Below are positions 39,469-52,873 of a stretch of 64,000 nucleotides of DNA, in pieces. The stretch spans positions 39,928,001-39,992,000 of the forward strand of contig OX597826.1 of assembly GCA_951406725.2 (NCBI GenBank), in the 5' to 3' direction. Made by a program: the position numbers and the translations under genes. This stretch comes from Octopus vulgaris (Eukaryota). Each line of letters starts with the position of its first letter. The stretch's first letter is position 1. The notes under the pieces are model-generated. The model saw nothing but the letters and a program-made list of their open reading frames with translations. It was not told where the DNA came from and ran no database searches.

Positions 39469-40610
39469 AGTTTCTTTATTGGCCACACAGGGCTGCACAC
39501 AGATGGGACAAGTTACAAGGTAGAGCTTTTCTTTTGGGGGATGAAAAAAATAAAAAACAAGAGAAAAAAAAAGGTGGCGTAGGTTTTCGATCAAAAGGGA
39601 TGGTAAAAGGGAAAAAGAACAAAAAAAGGAAAGAAAAAAAGAAAAAAGGAAAAGGAACAAAAGAAAAGAAAAATGAAAAAAGAAGAAAAAAGAGGAAAAA
39701 GGAAAAGAGGAAAAAAAAGACGATCAATAGGGATCGTGTATCACAGTGTCATGATGTATGGTGTAAAGGGGAAAGCAAGTAAGGTTTATCCGTGGGAAGA
39801 AAAGCCTACGAAAAAGACCACGGTAACCTTGGTCAATATTGTTATATGTTACCACATTTGTTTGCGAGTGGGTAACCCTCTGTTTTCAATTTCTGGGTTC
39901 ATAGGATTATGCTCAAGGTGGCTTCGTCATTCATACGTGCCATCCTTGCTACCTTCACCCATCTTTTTTTAAAAGATTCGCTAGACAAAACTTGCCTCTA
40001 GAGCTTATCCCGAACGGGTAGCGCTTCTCGGTAGCACTGCCAGGCCAGGGATCTCTGGAAGTTGTCCATGGGCCCTGGCCCGAAAGTCGTCCCGAACAGG
40101 CGGGTCAGGTATTCCTCGTCGACGTCCAGGTTCGCCCCGAGCTCGTCGTCGTACCTCTCCTCCACTAATCCCCTAAAGAATGCTTTGGTTCTGATGGAGT
40201 CACTCAAGTTTGACCCAGGACGGCAGAGTTGCTTGAGAGCAACGCAACACTCGCGTTGCCATTCGCCCTTCCTCGGCCTCTTTTTGATCCACGATTGCAG
40301 TTCGGTCATGGAGACGAGCTGCGGGAAAACGTGCCTCACAAACGGCGACCACACCTGTGCACTGTCGTCTACGAAGAGCCTGAGATGTCGCAGTCTCAGC
40401 GCGTGTCTGCGCATCATCAACCACGGCATGCCCAGTCCTCCTTTTAACGGGTGTTGACAACAAATGGATCGCCTGACCATCGGGACGCATCCTTTCCACA
40501 AGAAGCGAAAGAGAATGCGTTCTAGATTGGTGATGGTAGGGTCGGGACAAGGCACGACGGTCAGGCAGTAGTAGATGACAGACGCGATGTACGTGTTCGC
40601 CACCTCCAGA
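39469..40610 (-). mobile_element. L1/Tx1-clade LINE, 5'-truncated 3' fragment
   Basis: GC-rich stop-free 201-aa ORF (LFRFLWKG..PLKGGLGMP..AWQCYREALPVRDKL), a C-terminal KRWVKVARM piece, a T-rich 3' UTR, AATAAA, then (TATC)n. Confidence 0.85.
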
Positions 40611-40619
40611 AAGATAGAT

Positions 40620-40675
<56 letters not shown>

Positions 40676-41726
40676 TATGGATGGATGGACGGACGGACGG
40701 ACGGACGGATGGATGGATGGATGGATGGATGGATGGGTGGGTGGGTGGGTTGGTAGAGAGGTAGGTGGGTAGGAAGGTAGATAGGTAGGACATTTATCAA
40801 TGTATGAGAAACATTATTGTCGTCACGAAATTAAATACAAGGCTTTATCTGCAGGTCTTTCGGTCCCTCTGTTACCAAATATTTTGGTGTTTCATTCAGA
40901 CTGCCAAAAGTAATTGGCATGAACTACTTATAATTATGTAAAGAGTATTAAGCTATGTATAATAACATTTACGGCACTGAGTAATGCTGCGTTGCAAGAC
41001 TTTATAATTGGAACACCAATACACCATGCTGTAAAATTGAACGTTAAGTATCATTTCTGTACGGAGATAGTGAACTTTGATTAGGTTTGATATTTGTATA
41101 CGTCATTCATTACACATTTTCAATAACATTAATTTTCATGCGGATGGCTTTTTGAGGTGTCAATATCTTTGTCGTAGTTGTCGTTATTGTTAAAACACAG
41201 GCCGGCCATAAATCCAACACGACTTCGCAAATACATTCAAGTACTTACTAACTTCTTAGTCTGCAATAAAATACCCTTATTAAATCATTCAATACAGCCA
41301 TTATCAAAACGGAAGAATTAGGAGTAAAAGTAAATTGGCTTCTGTTCCCAACATAGAAAACTAAAATTTAAACAGTTCCTTGACTTTCTGAGAAATTTAT
41401 GGCAATGGAGACTTCTGGACATAATTCAAAATAATTCATTTGGCTTTTAATTACTCTGCCGACTGTTCGATTGTAAAATTGAGCTATCTTAAACAAATAA
41501 ATAAATCATACTATTATGAATAGAATATTATGAATAGAAAAGGATATATACTTTTCAAGCAAGCGGGAAATCGTGTAAATAGAATCATGCAAACATATAC
41601 ACACGATTTTATATATACATATCATATACATACACATATACATCTAAACAAAGACAGACACCTGCTATACATACACACAAATACACACACACACATACAC
41701 CTATACATAGAAAGACAGATGTAGAG

Positions 41727-41728
<2 letters not shown>

Positions 41729-41765
<37 letters not shown>

Positions 41766-41837
41766 GAGAGAGAGAGAGAGAAGTAGATAGAGAGAGTGGT
41801 ATATATATATATATATATATAAAGATAGATATACGGC

Positions 41838-41913
<76 letters not shown>

Positions 41914-41965
41914 CGGCTAGATAGATAGATAGATAGATATATAGATAGATATATAGATAGACGGC

Positions 41966-42020
<55 letters not shown>

Positions 42021-42021
42021 T

Positions 42022-42112
<91 letters not shown>
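41729..42112. repeat. Long (TA)n/(GATA)n array with recurring acggct interruptions
   Basis: Direct reading. Confidence 0.95.
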
Positions 42113-42114
42113 CC

Positions 42115-42470
42115 GCTATTTTGGCGTGTGATCTACAAAAGGAGATTGCCTTCGATTACTTTTTTGTTTACTTTTCAATTTCTAAAACTCTTAAGCTTGT
42201 CTTTCGTTTGTAGCAGATGTTCGCTCAATGTATAGATAAAATTATTCAATTTCTATTTCATCTTTATTATCAAATTGCTTATTAATTATTTTCGAAATTC
42301 TTTTTTGTACATACTTAGCATTGTAATTGTATGTTTCCAAATTTCTTACCATTTTAATATAGATAAAATTCTGTTTAATTTGTCTTAGTAAATGATAATA
42401 ATTGAAATGTAATCTAAAAAGTAACTTAAAGTAATCTCCCTTTAAGTTGTAGATCACACGCTGAAGTAGC
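42115..42470. mobile_element. MITE-like element with ~55-bp TIRs at the edge of (GATA)n
   Basis: gctattttggcgtgtgatctacaa..ggagattgc versus gtaatctcc..ttgtagatcacacgctgaagtagc. Confidence 0.7.
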
Positions 42471-42643
42471 AAAGATAGATAGTTAGATAGCTATGGTGAT
42501 ACAAACAGGAGGTTAATAATTGTTTATCATTAACAGCATTATAGCAGACTGCTATAATGGATCCATAAAGACATGTCAAACATCGAAGGGTATATTTTCC
42601 CTCTAAAGATATTATGCCAATGTGACATAAATTTAATATTTAA

Positions 42644-42853
42644 ATATTTACTGAGTATTGGATGAAAGAGCTGTAAGGGATGATGATTAATTTGTTATTA
42701 ATAATAAACAATTATTAATTCTCCAATCACCATTTTCTTTTTTTATCACAAGAAAATAAGAAAATAGAGAAATAATTAATAAATTATTGTTTATTAACTA
42801 AAAAAATTGACAAACATCTCTTACAGCTCTTTCCTTCTAGATCTTCAGAAAAT
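42644..42853. repeat. Palindrome made of two convergent degenerate hammerhead-like arms
   Basis: gaaagagctgtaag / cttacagctctttc arms. The minus arm reads CTGAAGA..GAAA-gagctg-TA. Confidence 0.6.
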
Positions 42854-43377
42854 TAATAAAATAAAAAAGAATATTTGGAAGCCGACTCTCGTAGCTTGAG
42901 ATATACAAAATAGGTGTCCAATTCTTGCATGTCGAGTATATGGCTGATAAAATTTATGCATAAAGAACATTGTATAAAACATGGTACATACCTTAGAAAG
43001 GGAAAGAAAGTAGTGTATATTTGAGTTGTAAAGTAAGAATATTAATTGTAATGTCTAACATTCTTTGTACAGGTAACTAACCAGTAATTTCATAAGATTT
43101 TGCTATCCCCTAATGAGGTTTGTAACCTTAATTTGAACTTTTATGTATATATATAACTAATTATAAATGGCTGCTTCTTAGCATTTGGAACCTAAATGCA
43201 AAATTAATAATCGGTACTGACCAGCGCCTACCGTCACTTTTGTCACCTCTATTAAATTTTGCCTTTTCTTCCGTGGCGCTGTTGTCAACAAGATAGGCTC
43301 ATAATCTAAAAATAGCATCGGAACAATCGGAATATCTTAAGTTCGATCATTACACAGGGCAGTTTTTTTTCTTTATT

Positions 43378-43830
43378 GGCGCAAGAGTTGCTGCATGGTA
43401 AGTAGCTTGCTTACCAACCACGTAGTTCCGGGTTCAGTCCCACTGTGTGGCACCTTGAGCAAGTGTCTTCTACTATAACCTCGGGTTGACCAAACCAGTG
43501 AGTGGATTTGGTAGATGGAAACTGAAAGAAGCCTGTCGTAAATATGTATAAATTTGTGTGTCTGTGTTTGTCCTCCTAGCATCCCTTGGCAACCGATGTT
43601 GCTGAGTTTGCGTTCCCGTAACTTAACAGCTCGGCAAAGGCGAGCGATAAAATAAATATTAGGCCTACAGAGATTAGGTTCTGGGGTCGATTTGTTCGAC
43701 TAAAGGCGGTTCTCCGGCATGGCCGCAGTTAAATGACTGTTTATATTTATATATATATATATATATATAAAGGCGGTGCTCCAGCATGGCCGCAGTCAAA
43801 TGACTGAAACAAGTAAAAGAGTAAAAAGAG
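43378..43830 (+). mobile_element. tRNA-derived SINE family B with duplicated 3' tail
   Basis: tggtaagtagcttg..gggttcagtcccactg..ggaaactgaaagaagcc. The tail taaaggcggt..atggccgcagt occurs twice. Confidence 0.85.
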
Positions 43831-44406
43831 TAATATATATATATATATTTATATATATAAACACAGAGAGAGAGGGGGTTAGCTAGATATTGCATGACAA
43901 TATTTCCATGTATTCATACGTACTTAGTAGGTATAATATTGATATAAAATTATTAAATAGTTAAGATGTACATTAGATTTTCTGCACACGTAGTAGTATA
44001 TTATGTGGTTTCTATAGATGTAATTAAGCACGTTTCTCATGAAAATGTCTTTGATACTTTATACTATAATTCATTAAACTAAGTTGCAGAGTAAACGTAT
44101 TGATTTTGTAGTAGTTGTAGCTTTACTAATTTAGGTTTTTATATAAATTTTTATTAATGGTATATGCTGACGTTTATGTTTTCTTTTGTTTACATAGTCT
44201 GTACTGACCAGAACTATGGTGCACATATATAGATGATGCGATACTCTAATATGGTAATTAACAAGCAGTTTTTAATACGTCATATTTCTTTATTCTCTCC
44301 GATATTTCAACAAATGCAAGCATACTTACATGGCGAATGTTATCGCTCTTTCCCGCTCATACTCACTCCCGCTCTCTCCCTATCTATCTTTCAATATCTC
44401 TCTCTG

Positions 44407-44566
44407 AGTTCAAATTCCGCCGAGGTCGACTTTGCCTTTCATCCTTTCGGGGTCGATAAATTAAGTACCAGTTAGACACTGGGGTCGATGTCATCGGCTT
44501 AATCTGTTTGTCTGTCCTTGTTTGTCCCCTCTGTGTTTAGCCCCTTGTCGGTAGTAAAGAAATAAA
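44407..44566 (+). mobile_element. SINE family A, 5'-truncated
   Basis: Homology to the other copies. 14-bp TSD aatatctctctctg (44393-44406 / 44567-44580). Confidence 0.88.
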
Positions 44567-44807
44567 AATATCTCTCTCTGTATATATAACACCTGGTTCA
44601 CCTTAGCTGCAACATCGTCACTCATAACAGCTATTATGTACTACAAACGCACGCGCAGAACGATTTCAAACATCTGTTTATATATAATATATATGTGTAT
44701 ATATGCTAATAACGTATTTTTTTAATGCATACATTGTCAAATGCACACATCGTAGTCTGCCAAGTGTCTACCAACACGTTAGAATGTAACTCATTTCTAG
44801 TAACTTC

Positions 44808-44913
44808 ACCCCTGATGAATTACCTAATTAACCAGTTTCAGTAGGAAAATTTTAAATTAATTTAATTTAATTTCTCTAATTGAACTAATTGGCTATGGAA
44901 ACAGTTGTAGGGT
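44808..44913 (+). ncRNA. Minimal type-I hammerhead-like motif
   Basis: accc-CTGATGA-(long AT-rich stem II)-GAAA-cagttg-TA-gggt. Core intact, GTA cleavage triplet. Confidence 0.7.
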
Positions 44914-45019
44914 TGAGATTTTCATATTATATCTATTTGAATATCTTTGAATGAACTGATGTCTATATGTCAAATTTCTCCATTTTCTTCTTTTTCTCGT
45001 TCATATAGGAGTATCGTGA

Positions 45020-45165
45020 CAACTGATGTTCGTGTGTTTACGTCCCCATTACACAGCGGTTCGGCAAAAGAAATAGATAGAATAAGTACTTAGCATACAA
45101 AGAATAAGTCATAGGGTCGATTTGTGATGCTCCAGCATGGCCAAATTTAAATGACAAACAAGTAA
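45020..45165 (+). mobile_element. SINE family B, 3' fragment
   Basis: gtgtttacgtcccc..gcggttcggcaaaag..gctccagcatggcc. Confidence 0.7.
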
Positions 45166-45185
45166 ATATATATATATATGTATAC

Positions 45186-45217
<32 letters not shown>

Positions 45218-45394
45218 GAATTTTTATGTATCTATAAATTTACGTGTAGATGTATATAATTGTAAATTCTTAGAAATTTTATATTTCATATAGATGAATT
45301 CATCTATGTATGTATATTGTATACCATGGAGAATTTCGTTAATATGGGTTGTATGAATATATACATCGACCTTTAAATTTGTTTTCTCTCCTTC

Positions 45395-45434
<40 letters not shown>

Positions 45435-45582
45435 CATGTGTGTATGTATGTATATATATGTATGTATGTATATATCTACATATTTATATATACACATATA
45501 TGTAGAGAGAGAGAGAGAGGAGAGAGCGAGATACAGAGATGGATAGATATATTACTTATAGTTATATCCATTCATTGATACC

Positions 45583-45626
<44 letters not shown>

Positions 45627-45652
45627 TGTGTGTGTGTGCGTGTGTGTGTGCG

Positions 45653-45683
<31 letters not shown>

Positions 45684-46371
45684 TTGTATATATATACCAG
45701 ACTACCCAATGGGTCATCGGGAGAATCTGAGTTTCCATGGGTTTTTTTGCATGTTTTCAATGAATGTGACGTCGAAATTACTCGCAAAAGGTTAGATTTG
45801 GCGGCTATTTCTTGCACGCCCTGCTACCACATAACATGTATTTAGGGTCCTTTATCGCAAATAACTATTACATGGTAGCAGGGTGTGCTAGAATAGCAGC
45901 CAAATCTTTGGATGGGAAATACATTGAATGCACTCGAAAACCTATGGGCAGAAACTATTTCACACAGAGGTCACGAATGGGTTTTCTACAAAATATTTAC
46001 CATATTTTCAAAGTCATTGTCACTTTAAAATATGTTTTGAATATGCCGGAAAATTTTTTTGTAATGGTTTTCACTTTAAATTGAAAAAAAAAACCTAAAA
46101 ATATTGTGTTTAAAGAAAGCTAAAATGTAAATACTGACTGTATAAACAGCTTACATTTTAGACATCACATGCACATAATTTTTTTCTAAATGTTTAAAAT
46201 ATTGTGTATCACAAAAGCGAAAATAGAAACATTTACTGTAACAATTTTGTATTTTGTCGTTGTCAAGTCACTGTGTCTAATCGAAAGATAAAGAGTTTCT
46301 TCCTTCCCAGGTTTAAGATTATTTTAGGAATATTTTCCCAGTATGGCCCTTTTTTGGTATTTATACCCCAT

Positions 46372-46532
46372 AGGCACAGGAGTGGCTGTGTGGTAAGTAG
46401 CTTGTTTACCAACCACATGGTTCTGGGTTCAGTTCCACTGCGTGGCACCTTGGGCAAGTGTCTTCTACTATAGCCTCGGGCCGACCAAAGATTTGGTATA
46501 CGGAAACTGAAAGAAGCCCGTCGTATATATGT

Positions 46533-46569
<37 letters not shown>

Positions 46570-46756
46570 TGTGTGTGTTTGTGTTTGTATTTGTCCCCCT
46601 AGCATTGCTTGACAACCGATGCTGGTGTGTTTATGTCCCCGTTACTTAGAGGTTCGGCCAAAAAGACCGATAGAATATCGAGTTGCTCGATTAAAGGCGG
46701 TGCTCCAGCATGGCCGCAGTCAAATGACTGAAACAAATAAAAGAGTAAAAGAGAGA
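46372..46756 (+). mobile_element. SINE family B
   Basis: Homologous to the 43378 copy, with an internal (TA)n. Confidence 0.85.
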
Positions 46757-46899
46757 GTAAATATCTCTAAAACTACTTGTTTTATTCCGTTTGTATTAAC
46801 ATTTCAGGGTAAACTTAATACATAGTATCTTCCCATTATGTGCCAGTTTGGCTGGGTAACATTGCAAGCAAGCAAGATTCAAGCTGAATTTTAATGTAT

Positions 46900-46978
<79 letters not shown>

Positions 46979-47229
46979 ATATATATTGACTGAGGTTGTG
47001 TGTAAGTACGAACTAGTATTCAATCACCAGCAAGAATTTGCGCTCACCATAAATTATTCCCTTAGATACCTTTTGAGAGAGAATTCATGCATATTCATGT
47101 GTTACGCATATGTTACTCATGTCTGTGTAGTTAAGATTTCTAGCATAATTTCTTGCGGGTGTATTTCTGTAGGGTCGATAATTTTCAATGACCATAAGAA
47201 ACACCCGTCAGAAATCTTGTAAATATAAA

Positions 47230-47640
47230 TGTGCTGATAACTCTACTCTAAACAAAAAGCGCCTAGTAAAACAATTGTTCTTCAAAACCAGCACCAACGA
47301 TGTGAAGGAACGATGAAAACTTGTGTGTCAATGACTGGAAATACCTTCAAGGAAAGATATACGCAGCGCTCGGCTTCCTTTAGAGAACACAAAACGTAGT
47401 TGTTTATTTAATATCCTATGGACCCTTAAGGAGAGAGAGTTAAACAAGTCCCATATAAATTGAAGCATCATAGCAAAGGTCGGAAAATATAGGGAACATG
47501 GCAGCAAATGCAACTTGTGTATCACAGAAAAGCAAGTATTACATCAACAGGGAGTATTTTGAAAATTAGGTAAGAAATGTTACGTGTACAAATAACAATT
47601 CATAATTCGAAATTTTAAGCATCACGGCTCACCTACATTG
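47230..47640 (+). pseudogene. Second PLE GIY-YIG remnant of the same type
   Basis: Translates KTCVSMTGNTFKERY..LWTLKE..HIN*SIIAKV..GSKCNLCITEK, collinear with the 21.3-21.7 kb endonuclease. Confidence 0.8.
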
Positions 47641-48305
47641 CAACCTATCCGACCTCGGTAAAGTTTTGGATATCGATTATATACTCAATACGCTTTATGA
47701 ACATATACCCCCAGAACTCATGGTGAAATTTTAATTACACAGACACGTACAGAATATGCATAGCACAATTTCAAGACATCACATGATTCACAAAAATATA
47801 TCTATATGAGTTTATAAATATTTCGATGAACTTAATATTTCATTAAATGGTCTTGCACTCAAAACCTTTGAAATGCTATAAATGATAATGAGCTTATGCT
47901 CAAATATTAACACACACACACATACACACACACATGCACACGCACGCACACACGCACGCATGCACGTACGCACACGCGCACGGACACACAAACACACACA
48001 TTTCTGTGTGAGTGAGTATTGATTTCCCGCATAAGATAATAAAGGAACGAGTTCTTGCAAAAATCCTAGGTCAATGCAAAAGACATAACAATTAAGAAAT
48101 TCTCATTATTTACCTCTACTTATTTGTATCTTTCAATACATCTCAATGCATCCAAAGCAGACTTTGTTGTCTTTCAACGTAAGCTGAATTTAATGTACGA
48201 TAGGGACTTATAAACCTAGATTTATATATCCCAAATTTGCAGAGGAATTTGGCGTTGGTACAGTTTAGCTTAATGGTAAAGTACTTCACACTTCATCTAT
48301 CAATA

Positions 48306-48425
<120 letters not shown>

Positions 48426-49482
48426 GATTGTGATTCAATACACCTGCTTCAGATATCTTTTTCTATTGATGAATAAAGGAGTTACATCATGCCCAAAAAA
48501 CCGTCTCCACCAAACATTTTGAACATGTCAATAACTAATCAAAATTCGGTTATAAATATGCACATGTATTCATATATACAAAGACAGACATATCCCTACA
48601 AACATACATACGCATGCACACCCCCAAACACACACTCATACATATGAACATACATACACACGTACACACACACACACATACACTTGCGTGAATTTGCTAC
48701 ACATATATTTAAAGAAATATATTAGTATTCTATACTTATCTAGAAATTATTGAAAAATATGATTTGGAAAATATGTTAGGTGCGAGTCCGAGGGTATAAA
48801 TTCTGAAGATCAATAAATTACGTGGATTTAGAAACTACAGAATCAAACGTAAAATAAGAAGATATAGTATTTACTTCAAACTTGTTAGCTTATGTCTACT
48901 GGTTCTAGTCTATATCTCTTTGGTGTATGTAATATTTTGATAATCCTCTCTAACTTCCCTCTATGTGTTCTAACTTATTTGACACCATACCTGGAACCTT
49001 TCATACGCTGGATCTGGAACTTACACTGGATCGTGAAACTGCTTGCCGGAGTACACATGTATGTGATTTTGCGTACATAGATAGATATATTGAGTCGCAT
49101 GGGTTTGTAAATGGTAGGACAAGTCCGTATATACATTTATATATTCATTAATATATTCTTTAAAATTTATATATACTGTTGAAATATGGATATGCTATTT
49201 TCGGCCCTAACTTCTTCGTGTCCTTATTATTAAAATATCTCGATTCAATTAGATCTCGCAAATAATTATAATCAATACCACACATAAGCATACACTTACT
49301 ACCACACACACACAATACCACACGCACTCACATGCTACCACACACACACACACATGGACCATTTTCACAATCTCGTGTCATAGAAAGCTGTTTCTTTTTC
49401 TCCTCCCATTTTCGGTCACTTCAGAAATGCGACAACATGTGGAATGTTGACAATTTTTCCTTCCTCCTCTTTGGACATTTTT

Positions 49483-49517
49483 CTTTCCGACGAAGAGCTA
49501 TGCTCGAAACTTTAACA
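49483..49517 (+). ncRNA. Variant-core hammerhead-like motif
   Basis: cttt-ccgacga-a-gagc-tat-gctc-GAAA-ct-tt-aac. Confidence 0.45.
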
Positions 49518-50211
49518 ACTCTCTCCTTTCACCGAACGTCAAATTAATATACATCTTGTGCACGCCGCACGTTCGTTTTTTATATTTTTCCCCATTTTTT
49601 AGTTGTCTGTTCTTTGAATTGTTTGTTCTTTAAATGACATATGAGAATTCAATATAGCATTGATCATATTCTATGGACACGAACGTATCTCTTGAGGCTT
49701 GCTGGTACTTCGAAAACCTTTAAGCAAATGGAAAAAATGAGTGCTTGTGGATAATTTACTATGCCTTTTTTGGAGTGGATGGCAAGGCCTGCTTTGCTTC
49801 GTGATACAAAACCACAATGACAGGTGAGATTTACATTTAGAGGAAACTATATTTCTATATAATTAAATAGCTCACAAATAAAGCATATGTATTTATTTCA
49901 AGAAAACTAACGCTATTTCGAATTGGGTTTTTATGACTGAAAACGATAAATTGCAAGATTACTTCCATATGAAATATTTCTTTGTAGTATTATGTTACGT
50001 TTGCTTAGTCGCTAGTCCAAATGGAAGGAGCCTCAGGCGAGATTGTAAATGTAAGATTGAAAACTCAATGTTATCATACCCATTAAATTGTATACAGCTA
50101 GGTAGCTCGGTGTATTATCGAGGTGAACTGATGGACCTGGGGAAGAGGAAAGGAGAGGAGTGTGGAAGCAAGTTCACGGTCAGACGCTTACATTTTCATG
50201 CAAGCAAGCGT

Positions 50212-50239
50212 TATGATACAGATGACGATGATGCCGATA

Positions 50240-50282
<43 letters not shown>

Positions 50283-50505
50283 CGACGATGATCCTGGTAT
50301 GCTATAGGTGATGATGATGACAAGGAGAAAGAAAAGAAAGACCAATGTAATGATGACGAAGAGTCATGGTGATGACGGTAATAATGATGATGAGGATGAT
50401 GATGATGATGATGTTGATGATGACGACGACGACGACGACGATGGCGATGGCGACAAATAATATGATGATTTGAATAATAACAATGGCGGTCGCGATGATG
50501 ATGTT
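50212..50505. repeat. (GAT/GAC)n trinucleotide repeat
   Basis: Direct reading. It is the source of the spurious poly-D and poly-H ORFs. Confidence 0.9.
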
Positions 50506-50839
50506 GGTCATCATTATTATTCTGATGTCTATTTCCCAGATATTTGAAGAATTGATTTGTGATATTCAGTAAGACTAACACATCGATGACAGATAGAGAC
50601 AGAGTAATAGGAATTTCAATTCAAATATCAACATATTAACCTATAATTTCAACACGAATTTGTGTGAACAGAGAATAAAAAAAACAAACGAAAGGTGTGT
50701 ACGTGCGTGTGTGTGTGAGTGTGTGAGTGTGTGTGAGTGTTCTGAGTGTCTATCTACAAGTGCCGTGTCAGTATATATTGAAGAACGTGAATATATATAC
50801 ATATATATTTATGCCTGTGATTGTGTATGTGTGCGTGTT

Positions 50840-50867
50840 TGTGTGTATTTATTTATTTATTTATTTC

Positions 50868-50937
<70 letters not shown>

Positions 50938-50939
50938 GG

Positions 50940-50990
<51 letters not shown>

Positions 50991-51026
50991 GTATGTATAT
51001 ATATATATATATATATATATAATGTA

Positions 51027-51084
<58 letters not shown>

Positions 51085-51258
51085 TGTATACCTATGATCT
51101 CGTGTAACGTACATATGAAACATATAACAATTTCCGAAAGTGTTACCGTAAAATTTTTGAAGTGTGAATCTAAGAGAAAGTGTATAACGAGCTGGTTTTA
51201 TGTGTGCATTCATGCCTATAGATTTCACTCTGTGAATGTGTGTGCGCGTGTGCGATCG

Positions 51259-51343
<85 letters not shown>

Positions 51344-51354
51344 TTATATATAGC

Positions 51355-51390
<36 letters not shown>

Positions 51391-51414
51391 CATACATATA
51401 TATCTATCTATCTA

Positions 51415-51469
<55 letters not shown>

Positions 51470-51495
51470 GTGTGTGTGCGTGTACCTGTGTGTGT
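50840..51495. repeat. Compound (TATC)n/(TA)n/(CA)n microsatellite block
   Basis: Direct reading. Confidence 0.95.
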
Positions 51496-51702
51496 TAATT
51501 AATAAGCGTTTATATATGAAGAGACATTAATAGTAATATGAATATTGTTCCTGTGCATTACCGAATATTTTATAGATTTATCTGTGTATGTGTGAACGGA
51601 AACGAGAACTTATATGTGTTGGTACGTATATTATCGTTGTATGAACAACTTTGTGTAAGTGTGTGTTTGTTTGGTGGGTATGGGAGAACAAAAGAGCGGT
51701 AC

Positions 51703-51733
<31 letters not shown>

Positions 51734-52045
51734 TAGAATGTTACGGAGATATAGACGTAGTGTTGTATGTATGTTTACATTGGTTTATATGTGTATTGAT
51801 GTGATGATGAGAGATGGAGAAGAAAAGATAATGTGTGTGTGTGTGTGTTGTGAATTTTTTAATAGATGTATATACACATTTTCATATGAATTTAAAAGTA
51901 TATTTCATGTACCAAGTTATAACGAAAAATTTCGGCGATTGTGAGCGAAGGGAATGAGACCGTGTATAAGAAGAAAATTCAAAGAACGGGAAAAGAAAGA
52001 TTGAGATAGAAATAGAGAGAGAGAGAGAGATGACTTAAGATGTGT

Positions 52046-52076
<31 letters not shown>

Positions 52077-52409
52077 CATTTAAACGCATGTGCATGTGTT
52101 AATGGGTCTGAACAAAAACGAATCTACTAAAATTTAAAGCCTACACTTCTAACGATGTATCTACTTTTCGGTTTAAGGATATAATTCCTTCATAAAAACT
52201 GAATATCGGGTCATTAAACACACACACACATTTCCAAAGAATTGCCTAATGGCTGTAAGGAATATTGATCTATTAATCGAACATCTCTATCATGGTATAG
52301 CTTTCCTTTTAGTATTTAGAAAATAGATTTTCAAAAATTCACACACTGACACTGTTTGTGCTTGTACGGACTCCTTCTATACCCATACACGCAACAGTTC
52401 AACTACATG

Positions 52410-52648
52410 CATTCACCTTCACATATTGGTTTCCAATTTTGGCACAAGGCCAGCAAGCTCGGATAAGCGGTGAGTCGATTACATCGACCCCAGGACTCAC
52501 CTTGCACTTGTTTTACCGACCCCGAAAGGATGATAGTCAAAGACGACCTTTCCTAGATATAGCAATAGCAAGTCAGAACGTGAAGACGGACGAAATGTCG
52601 CTAAGCATTTTGCCCACCGTGTTATCGATTCTGCCAGCTCGTCACCTT
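52410..52648 (-). mobile_element. SINE family A-related, degenerate
   Basis: gtcgattacatcgacccca..cgaccccgaaagga..ctgccagctc. Confidence 0.7.
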
Positions 52649-52873
52649 ATCTCACTCCCAGATATCAACGTTTGTTTTTATGAAACAATTATCGAAGGAG
52701 CAGAATTTTGTTTTGACAATGAAAAGTTAAACAGTGGTTTTGAAGTTTCCGCCAATTGACCGTGGCACTTCATTATAATCACATGCACGTACACATGTAT
52801 GTATTTATGTATATACATATGTATATTTGTATATTTGTATAATTGTCTGTACACACACACGCACACATATATA

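Noticed and set aside
44180-44260. Candidate micro-exon (tttgtttacatag ... atg|gtaatt)
   Set aside because: All three frames contain stops. A non-coding exon cannot be assessed without RNA data.
47461-47463. In-frame TGA in the second PLE remnant
   Set aside because: It aligns to a conserved Trp (IHWKI in the other copy), so it is a TGG>TGA decay mutation.
49640-49830. Unique-looking segment ending in a good donor (cag|gtgag)
   Set aside because: No open frame reaches the donor, and there is no clear acceptor.
49933-50581. Poly-Asp and poly-His ORFs
   Set aside because: They come from the (GAT)n repeat, with no domain or splice support.
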